This document shows, piece by piece, positions 59,001-64,000 of a stretch of 64,000 bases of DNA. The stretch lies in the IMG/VR virus record IMGVR_UViG_3300030329_005244. One strand, written 5' to 3'. Numbering within the stretch: the first letter of the stretch is position 1; each line of letters begins with the position of its first letter. A program made the position numbers and the translations under genes. Source of the stretch: a virus. The notes below the pieces were generated by a model. That model was not told where the DNA came from, did no database searches, and saw only the letters and a list, made by a program, of their open reading frames with translations.

Positions 59001-60434
59001 GTCTAGCAATCCCGTTTTAAGAGTTACAACATCAGGATGAGTAGCGTAAATAATGGGATCGTGGTACTCTTTGATAGCAGCAGAAGCGGACAAGATAGCA
59101 GAACCCGTGTTTCGAGAATTCGAACCATAACCAGTCCAAACGCCATTACAAATTCGCCCACCATAATCCAGTACCGTATTATCAATGCTCGAATCTCCCG
59201 TGATTCCCGAATTGAACTTGTAGTATAAGCCAAGGGTGGCATTCGCAACATCAGTGTTCACGCCGCCACGAACTTGGGTGTTCCAGTGTCGCCCAATTTG
59301 TTGGGCGTTTCTACGAGCTTTCCAAAAACGGAATTCGTCCATAGAACCACTTAATTTAGCAGATCCCGAACCAGCAGTCGTTCCCTTGGGTGCTCTCATC
59401 AAAGCGCCTAGGCGCCCTTTCATTTCCTTGGAAGGCAGCTCTCCCAATGCTTGCCCTGGAAAGACGCTAGCAGTCTTGTAGAGCCCATCCAAATAAAGTT
59501 CGCACCCTAAGTCACTACCGGAATTAAAAATGGTAATTGCGTAGTGGTGCCATGCGGAAAAGGTGTCCACATTGAGCAATGAGGCGCCAAGAGTTTCTTG
59601 AAAGATTCCCTTTGTAGAGCCAGAATGAACCGTTAATTCAAGGGGAGAAACGCCACTGCTGGCACTCGCATTTAATTCTAAAGTAATGCGTCCATAATCT
59701 GCTGCTGCTGTAGCCGTACCCACCGCCGATGCCTTATTGTTCCAAATATCAACAATAACTTGTTTGTCGGATAAGCCATCGCTATAGGTGGTGTTGGCCG
59801 ATCCAGTTGTCAGCCAAAACTCAATAGTAACGCCTGTATCGAAATCAGATTTTAGGTTAGATTCTCGGGTGCCTTGACCATAATCGCTGGGCAGGCCCTC
59901 AGTCTGATAGATGTCAGTATCGTAAATATTGGAATACTGAAACTTACTGCTCATCGGGTTCGGGCTTAAGGCTGCGTAAGTATCTCCCGAAGCCGTCCCA
60001 GGACCGCCTTTAAATTCAATATATTCAAGCGTGTTGGGGAGTCCATAACCCGAGGTTTCACTGGCTTGAGTTCCCCACCCATCGGCACTAATGTTTACAT
60101 AACCAGTCGTGCGAGGATAAAGGTTATTGAAAATATAATTCTCAATGTCGAGCGACTTATTGTGAAACTCGTTTATTTCTGCATCAGAGCCATCATAAGG
60201 ATAGAAATCTAATATGCGCTCAATAGCAGACTTATAATAAAGATAAGCAGAACCATAGCGAGCAAAATTTGCTGGATTAGCGTAATCAATCTGCGGAACA
60301 AACGCTTCCTGCTCGACTCTAATCGCTTCAACATTTCTCTGAGATTCGACATCTTCAAACGCATCTTTCTGATTAGTATCGCTTAAATAGTTTCGTGATT
60401 TGTCGGTTGATGAGAAAAGTTTCTTAATACTCAT
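50082..60434 (-). CDS. Giant (3450 aa) baseplate wedge/receptor-binding protein with LamG (concanavalin A-like) domains
   Basis: IFKSKGTERSIRSILRCF (gp7/P2-gpI-like wedge motif); LamG motifs TIEFW…WHHYAIT…LYLDG…GSMDEFRFW and WSFSGWFK…WFHLYVSF…YIDG…GSMDEMALF; follows gp6. Confidence 0.75.
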   Translation of the reverse strand: MSIKKLFSSTDKSRNYLSDTNQKDAFEDVESQRNVEAIRVEQEAFVPQIDYANPANFARYGSAYLYYKSAIERILDFYPYDGSDAEINEFHNKSLDIENYIFNNLYPRTTGYVNISADGWGTQASETSGYGLPNTLEYIEFKGGPGTASGDTYAALSPNPMSSKFQYSNIYDTDIYQTEGLPSDYGQGTRESNLKSDFDTGVTIEFWLTTGSANTTYSDGLSDKQVIVDIWNNKASAVGTATAAADYGRITLELNASASSGVSPLELTVHSGSTKGIFQETLGASLLNVDTFSAWHHYAITIFNSGSDLGCELYLDGLYKTASVFPGQALGELPSKEMKGRLGALMRAPKGTTAGSGSAKLSGSMDEFRFWKARRNAQQIGRHWNTQVRGGVNTDVANATLGLYYKFNSGITGDSSIDNTVLDYGGRICNGVWTGYGSNSRNTGSAILSASAAIKEYHDPIIYATHPDVVTLKTGLLDSGSYHDNNNNSNILSTLPEWIITSVDNTSTSGLQILTHILGTYFDKLYLQISQLPKFKNALYTSSSYKPVPFADHLPQSLGLFTPELFIDATVLEKFLNRDDTALFQNNVEEAKNLIYLNLYNNITEIFKSKGTERSIRSILRCFNLDQSLLRLNVYTNDNTYELKNNLKQTFINRSSLNLNEKDNYGGVVFQAVSGTAASNGDAQGYISGSQGLGMTGVGNNIGGYEYRYGMTVEADVNFPKFFPTHDKFDRFYNEMSLFGMYEVAPTGAISINSKLGSNTTWLTNYGPATLGPDYANFQVSAVRPTPYSKNVYFRLTSSNAPTYIPELTSSLFMDVYDNTEWNFSVRIKPANYPFTNTISGSYLYGLSTDGYDGSNAYDLVFRGVHSELGTVVDSFELTASLAASVGEEILGAAKRLYCGARRTNITGALLNYSDVNFHSLRYWAKYIDNETLNQHTYDFENHGVSGSYEYISALDTGSAGKSLLNMDTLALNWTFGTVTGSTAATDGHSVGTFVVDDYSSGSTLIRNNFGWLGEVAGYQHTGYGYGFATSSTSVVETAPLNSFKFINPELAVSDDAVRILTNDDKVFGFTETVPNYVYTLEKSMYNAISEEMMQFFAGALDFNNLIGHPVNRYRGNYKEIEKLREIFFRRVTQTSDVEKFIAYYKWFDDALAMLIAQMVPASSDFVPDSYNVIESHVLERNKYASKFPTLEAKQPNLDAAADGPSADRDYAMSASPVPESPRSTKVNRFYWQRMAERDATEITSGDATIDAQRDTFRDVAWSSPELSSSLPVESTVDGTTYSRNTYARRNSQNLIDLKISNPTHVIKGGVNFKEGKNFAFTYNAVYPAGPINTEDSVFLPENVLVAFVDDFVKIPEYTPQELVNHPQKKLMRYGKVIHGRDYEDGGYANTKSTFSFPFNMLSSSVSGGYSNAINERVSGNLNIVNLHNDAYGPDLEVPMQGPFTNYAVGGHQSRHVSLNTGSDAWYNRPEAWKLLLGTCDEHTGAIGLVGADYPWPEANEEDVVPYPMTASQKAVYYRDFTAKRPVNIKNILNSTGSNEISSGSSVLGNYQHNYQIVNTVGASSNPRNFIDNQPTLPTQVVWSARSSSVPTNVRTFWNTRRGVRGHHQWVSEYSTDYLTGASNKSVITQRFAAPGGIEVMSYGYQSFKASEFSVYNALNYRNLSVIKPSQGATSSFYQAVGSGTTGIRVFDIHGRDYGLRSHMARHAARFGRDSFFVTSSGDLPGAKYDQLPAMFKNNRNRKVRVCEENSIEAQLTGSWLNNAKALEFPSDTGTYEGNCFFIENAAKAEQRNFDGNMAEASGNICWSFSGWFKAPADTTVRPIFSMGRNAGSAPVQFLNKAPSRQVTLTLQTYNGSLYRGTDFETPSSTWPDDSWFHLYVSFSGSQGSLSTSATASIYIDGVEQAVALSNTPYDEIPTGSSTKNNFRNFGALDLPGMFLFGGKMDNNSSVEYVGSMDEMALFATCSSEADAQYIYNSGKPCDLTASVTPNRDALLSWWRMGDDPLDGVVAGRVGETTSSATNRIIDQVGGANTLLICKSGSLVGISTASAGLAGCSATLEKWNEIETFETCSLFDNFSVGHMIPRADRQYSWVTAALAPNSEEIRYYGRAPVSGLTEGMYSSSVDGWEAYFNFVTASEVVDSSYPTFNQPTYRLNNFIVDPITSSTNTMGYPSGSKMLAYFNTELATDIGVTPGNVTDGLLNLLLTHRGGSYGWNWKKGRQGNLNKIILNEVKNNELSILTSSDGLTQYRLAPVSLRGRPAYINITAPTSSEDPDAGSGLESNNMTLKVTDNNMKIFFNETDLDNRQGLGGDADIYTPLEQITEAANASGSNYHLTWILYSQNVFPSLRNEFLSSSTSRVGYNNQFWRQSNSNRLEGFEPTDRIVNSLGVIGLSQSMWPLDPPSDFNTRTQAPSALPYVKTPLLTASKGGEFQNTYFSYQTDEPGSPLQAFQKLGSLRPGALYARKHVLPSPRTVVSPSGMQIPQTGSVPTGSAFIYFNTENFAVDIYAGEANWEANDNAGIVVKTGSSSQFVSYPTDPWFDEYADYIFDLKNVAKGYAIVPEFRISEHVEDYKKYGLLNEDKQDTFEIVGTGINSTTSSFYKDYSNSEFLKGFAKVHDESMLNAKEIRLVCSASIRFNPYKGFYPAQRSLDLLTQFSRSYGNGLVGWIPGQAAGTETSVESGEMFKNNGGASRPLFQALYSPGLLYNTIKAGVAVDYPLVTTDAKIKKAFYGTAVSESTDTWGLAPQLVSGLGPTATGYRGGEYWDMRLPFETLLEPEKYISKVPFYDIESHPSMSLEATASFTGESVDDIYTLMANNFFGEVGSFFLKDSSFTTLKSNTVKSDLQFEAGAVYGARLKLYRSTQGPRTYEYESGSFAKLGGTFDANNTGFGRFGALLYSGSEAVPLENFHSGSEYPIPQDPQKNPNFQESFTMYSRPTGFGPPVAGRPSGSDAGGAEISGTLDSFNGCNWAFTPPYYNGEAWVDFIFRPRENTTYDLETMLAETSGTYWRVDPGYDYGNAVNPRTTLIKSWCSVDTDVGGDGELMKHQIYDGKNVNANAMQISASLNIFGIENVLEEEKDKFGNEIKSINKTVGKKWVIQPKFETPHMNFNDSLYTIRPITTDNSTITMPSNFGSASVPRGMWHQFGAIPANPNIGVFMEMSDIPNNWLKYHYDVLENNSVYNDLDAENNGPTVYRDMKSLGDVVGFNRNASKVRLGELAEKQTLKEAIVAIPYIVEAGDVSGESGVTNKKLFEIAQERYDAALSGEVGSADGDSLDVSGESIRKLVQKMGRYILPPQFDFLNNTDVSPIVMYFFEFTYDLDKDDLSYIWQNLAPRDYKKISLTFQSTGHTLSENELLAPEDIIDNENLRWMVFKVKQKSQKNYFNLVAPQAGESSTTEDFQATQSGYQLGFNWPYDYVSFVESIKMDVDVLFHNPSRMSGSSGGGGY

Positions 60435-62073
60435 AGTCTTCTACTCGGAACTTAAATGTTTGTCGTTGCTCGCGCCAGGTGGCGAGCCCACTATCATAAA
60501 ATGAGAATTTTATTCCGTAAGCATAACCCGGCTCCAATAAGCTCATATCTAAGTCAAAATAGTTGCCCGAAACATCATATGATAATCCCGTATGAAGATC
60601 GCTCCCAGTCCCATAAGGAATGGCGTTGTAAGCATCCAATAATCTATAAATTTGATACGAAGCGCTCCTAATAGAAGTATTAGGAATGTTAGAACTTGCT
60701 CGGGTATAAATAGTTGGACTCCAATTTTTCTCGCGCACATACAAGTTGAATCTCCCCACTTCATCTGCGCGATACCTATCTCGTAAATTGGTGATATTAA
60801 TGTAATAAACCGGACGAGTTTCCACCACGGAGGAACCCAAGGTTAGAGGAGTGATGGTGCCTGTGTGAAATTGCACTTTAAGATGATCGCCATCAATAAT
60901 ACTACCTGTTGACCACACATCATAAAGAGTTTTTATGGGCGTTGCTGCTGCCGTAAAAGCCAGCGAAGCAGTATAAATCCCAGTTTCCTTCCATCCTCCA
61001 GATACGCTTGTCACGACGGAAGAATTGGAGCCATCATACAACTCCAATTTAGAGCCCGAAGGAGCGCTGTTATTTGCTGATCCCGAGAAGAGGGACAACA
61101 TAATAGAACCTGTCGTCCCAATCTCAGGAATATCCGTTAAGCGCCCTCGAACTACATTATAGAGATAAAGGGTATTAAGGTTGTCTTCGCCTGTTGCCAA
61201 AGAACTGCTATAGTAAAAAGAGCCCCGGTCGTCATATCGAGTAGAATTCCAACGCGCTTCAATTACCGGCTTTTTGAAAAAGAACTCGGTGCCTCGCGCA
61301 AACATTCGCTTAGTGTAATAGGAGGTAGTGGAGCCACTAGGGTTATAAATAACCGCGCTCGTAGGAGATTGCGCATCTAAAGTCTGGGGGACTCGACTTA
61401 CCAATTCGTCCGCAGAGCTTGATGAGGCTGCTTCATAACTCGCTGAGAGTTTTACTCCGATGCCATAATTCGTCCATGTCCCAGCCATCCATTGCTCTAC
61501 CCAGGGAGTAATGTTAACCTCTACATCTTCCAGCCCTGTGGAGAAGTCTTGGGTAAAAGTAAAGATGTCTACATCTACATCCGCGTTTACCGTTCCGGTG
61601 TGATAAGAGCCCCCCGCCAAAAGAGTGCCATTGTCATCATACCAGTAGCCAGTGGCAGCGTTTGATGCCGACATCCAGTTGGCACCCGTGTTTCCATAGG
61701 TAAGATCAGTGTAATTCTCTAAATCAAGTCCAACCCCTTCTTGCCATGATTGTGAAACTGCTAAGAAAGTAAGGGTATAGTCGCGAGGGACCGTTTTAGA
61801 ACTCTCAGCAGAGAACATGCGGAGATAAAAACTCACACTGCCCGAAGCAGGAATGTCACCAGCAGTCCTATCGGTACTAATATCGGTGATAGGAAACTTA
61901 ATCAAAACCCGAGACAACTCCTGAGAACTGGTGGATTGGCGTCCGTACACCGAATAGACTTCTAAAATATCAGCCTCGCCAGCATTGGAGCCGGTTCCAC
62001 GAATCTCTAAATTGTTTTGGTAAGCATTAACAATAGTTGTATCAGCATTAGCCACATACTTCTTGATACCCAT
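60424..62073 (-). CDS. Structural protein with DNRLRE/CBM96-like N-terminal domain
   Basis: ADTTI…NAG..DILEV…SRVLIKF…FYLRMF…QSWQEG…W pattern; located in the baseplate block. Confidence 0.6.
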   Translation of the reverse strand: MGIKKYVANADTTIVNAYQNNLEIRGTGSNAGEADILEVYSVYGRQSTSSQELSRVLIKFPITDISTDRTAGDIPASGSVSFYLRMFSAESSKTVPRDYTLTFLAVSQSWQEGVGLDLENYTDLTYGNTGANWMSASNAATGYWYDDNGTLLAGGSYHTGTVNADVDVDIFTFTQDFSTGLEDVEVNITPWVEQWMAGTWTNYGIGVKLSASYEAASSSSADELVSRVPQTLDAQSPTSAVIYNPSGSTTSYYTKRMFARGTEFFFKKPVIEARWNSTRYDDRGSFYYSSSLATGEDNLNTLYLYNVVRGRLTDIPEIGTTGSIMLSLFSGSANNSAPSGSKLELYDGSNSSVVTSVSGGWKETGIYTASLAFTAAATPIKTLYDVWSTGSIIDGDHLKVQFHTGTITPLTLGSSVVETRPVYYINITNLRDRYRADEVGRFNLYVREKNWSPTIYTRASSNIPNTSIRSASYQIYRLLDAYNAIPYGTGSDLHTGLSYDVSGNYFDLDMSLLEPGYAYGIKFSFYDSGLATWREQRQTFKFRVEDYEY

Positions 62074-63869
62074 TACCTAATCTTTCCTTTTATATCTGTG
62101 GCCGGATACTTGATTTCCACAATAGCATTCACAGGAACCATCAAATAGCTGCCATCTGGCGACATGTTTTGATTGATGTTAAGTTGTGCCGAGGAATAAT
62201 TTCCTCCTGCTTTGTTCACCAATTTCACCTTTTCCACATCTAAGACACCCGTCACCTCTTTCAACTCTGCATAAATATCACTAATATAAAGCGGCTCGCC
62301 AATGAAAAATGAAGTTTCAAACTTTTTCGCGAGTGCGTTAATACATCGATTGACAAGAGAATATTTATCCGTTTGAGATGTGGGACGTACCACAAACTCA
62401 ATGCCGAGATTGAGAATATAAGGATCTAAAATGTCAATGGTGTCGTTAATCATTCTATAATGATTGAGCCAGGTTTTCAAGTTATTTTTTATAGTATTAT
62501 TAGTTTTAATAAGTTTGCCAAACTGATCTTCTGATACCACATACAAATTGAGATTTCGCTTTAACGAATCCTGGTCTTTTGTGATGAGACATCGCTTAAT
62601 CGAACCAAATTTGGGAGGCATCCGATACGCCACGTTTTCATAATCCGCCTGCGTAACTGCTCGATTTTGTGTGGGAAAAGTATCATAAATACGCTGTTTT
62701 AATTCTGCCGATGTGGGAAAGCTGACATCTCCGACAATAGAATCTTCATTAGAAACCTCTAGAGAATTGCGCACAGTGCTCATCGTTGAGGTAGAAAGCA
62801 GTTGAGCATTCTTAAACTCCATTTGTGTGGTTCCCAGTTCATTTATCGATCCAGGCCCAGCATTAGAGTTAGTAAGATTGGTGGCGCGATAGGCTATGGT
62901 GAGCGTAGTGTTGGAGGGAACAATGCCCATATTCTGATTTTCAGAGAGCTTTGTCGGATCAAAAGTGGTTGTAGTGACATAATCTTTGCCAAATATCTCC
63001 ATCGCTACTTCTTGAGGTTGGGCCACCACATCAGTTGCTCCCGAACGCCCACTTCCAAATTGAAGGAAAGTCTCCGTTTTTGTTTGCGTCACAACAAACT
63101 TTCTAGACACCAACATGGGCTTTAAAATTGACGCAACGTTATCGCTCTTAAAATTAGGATTTCCCACCTCTTTAAGCACCATGTCTTGAGCTAAATAATC
63201 CACTTCAAAATATTCATTTCCTTGGGAATCCACCACCGAAAGAATTTCTGTCACCCCGTTTACTGGCACTTTCACTTTTAAAAATCGTTGAAACTCCCCC
63301 ACCTCTATGGTGGTGGAACTAAAAAAGCCAGAAACCACATTTCCATAGGCTTTAATGGCATAATTGGTGGGAGCGCCTGTCGTGTTGTCCACTGTTGCCA
63401 CAACCACAGCATTCTTCGGATCTGCAAAGTCTACGTTTTGCGTGAGTACAAAAGTCAACCCATTAGTAGAACTAAAAGTGGTTCCCCGCTGCAATAGGGG
63501 AATATACTGGGTATCCGGGCCCAGTCCCGTGGCGGATGCGGGCACCAAAACAAAGAGTGCCACCTCTCCAAACGTCGATGGGCGACCACCAAATTTATAA
63601 CCCAAGATGCGCCCGTGCCGAATGATGTTATCGTATTGATAAGCTGTATCTAAGAAGGTTTCATTGACATTGTAGTCGAGATAAAAAGAAAGCTGATCCC
63701 CTACATACGCTATGGTATCCACCATAAAAGAAGCAAAAGTCCCTTGACTAAAGTCTTGAAAGGTGTCGGGATAGAAACGTTCCGCAATACCAATTAAATC
63801 TCGCCTAATCGACTCGTAATCGCGATTGGTATAATTAATAGGAACTATCTTTTTTTGTTGATCTGACAT
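62073..63869 (-). CDS. Baseplate wedge protein (T4 gp6-like)
   Basis: YTNRDYESIR, YVGDQLSFYLD…ETFLDTA, LQFGSG and QNRAVTQADY motifs. Confidence 0.9.
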   Translation of the reverse strand: MSDQQKKIVPINYTNRDYESIRRDLIGIAERFYPDTFQDFSQGTFASFMVDTIAYVGDQLSFYLDYNVNETFLDTAYQYDNIIRHGRILGYKFGGRPSTFGEVALFVLVPASATGLGPDTQYIPLLQRGTTFSSTNGLTFVLTQNVDFADPKNAVVVATVDNTTGAPTNYAIKAYGNVVSGFFSSTTIEVGEFQRFLKVKVPVNGVTEILSVVDSQGNEYFEVDYLAQDMVLKEVGNPNFKSDNVASILKPMLVSRKFVVTQTKTETFLQFGSGRSGATDVVAQPQEVAMEIFGKDYVTTTTFDPTKLSENQNMGIVPSNTTLTIAYRATNLTNSNAGPGSINELGTTQMEFKNAQLLSTSTMSTVRNSLEVSNEDSIVGDVSFPTSAELKQRIYDTFPTQNRAVTQADYENVAYRMPPKFGSIKRCLITKDQDSLKRNLNLYVVSEDQFGKLIKTNNTIKNNLKTWLNHYRMINDTIDILDPYILNLGIEFVVRPTSQTDKYSLVNRCINALAKKFETSFFIGEPLYISDIYAELKEVTGVLDVEKVKLVNKAGGNYSSAQLNINQNMSPDGSYLMVPVNAIVEIKYPATDIKGKIR

Positions 63870-63884
63870 ACAAAACCCTCGAAA

Positions 63885-64000
63885 TTAAATAGTGACATCA
63901 AGGAAATCTTGAAAGCCGATTTGCGGAACACTATAAATGATTCGCATCCTCAAGCGATTACCATCGGCGCCCGATTCATCAAAACTGATGTTTATTATTT
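63885..64000 (-). CDS. 3' end of a gp25-like baseplate protein (truncated)
   Basis: Frame reads …IINISFDESGADGNRLRMRIIYSVPQIGFQDFLDVTI*; immediately upstream of gp6. Confidence 0.6.
   Translation of the reverse strand, partial: IINISFDESGADGNRLRMRIIYSVPQIGFQDFLDVTI
63886..63893 (-). promoter_or_regulatory. Putative late promoter motif overlapping the gp25-like stop
   Basis: TAAATAGT on +, 17 nt upstream of the gp6 ATG. Confidence 0.55.

Overview
This 64 kb window is part of a large T4-superfamily (myovirus, probably jumbo) phage genome. It uses the standard genetic code, and essentially every real gene is on the minus strand. In transcription order (right to left) it holds: (1) a baseplate block with a gp25-like fragment, a gp6-like wedge, a DNRLRE-type protein, a 3450-aa LamG-containing gp7-like protein and several novel baseplate/fibre-attachment proteins; (2) RuvC, primase and a fused SbcD-SbcC (gp47-gp46-like) nuclease; (3) a holin/spanin-like cluster and a host-like VWA lipoprotein; (4) the large terminase, portal and prohead protease; (5) a phage-encoded ribosomal protein bS21; (6) four fibre-like paralogues; (7) the scaffold and major capsid protein; (8) three to four capsid-decoration-like genes; (9) neck gp13/gp14, a gp15-like tail terminator and the 5' part of the tail sheath. 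The most notable unexplained structure is a dispersed family of otherwise unrelated ORFs sharing a ~16-aa leader, MK[ILV][ST][KR]xxLxxIIxEE. The motif also occurs at internal RBS-bearing ATGs and inside the scaffold protein, which suggests a modular head-packaging/cargo-tagging system. Two further features stand out: a late-promoter-like motif (ACTATTTA on the coding strand) that is the reverse complement of the T4 late promoter, and pervasive [ST]-[GA]-S tripeptides in virion proteins. All assignments come from motif recognition by eye; no database searches were run.
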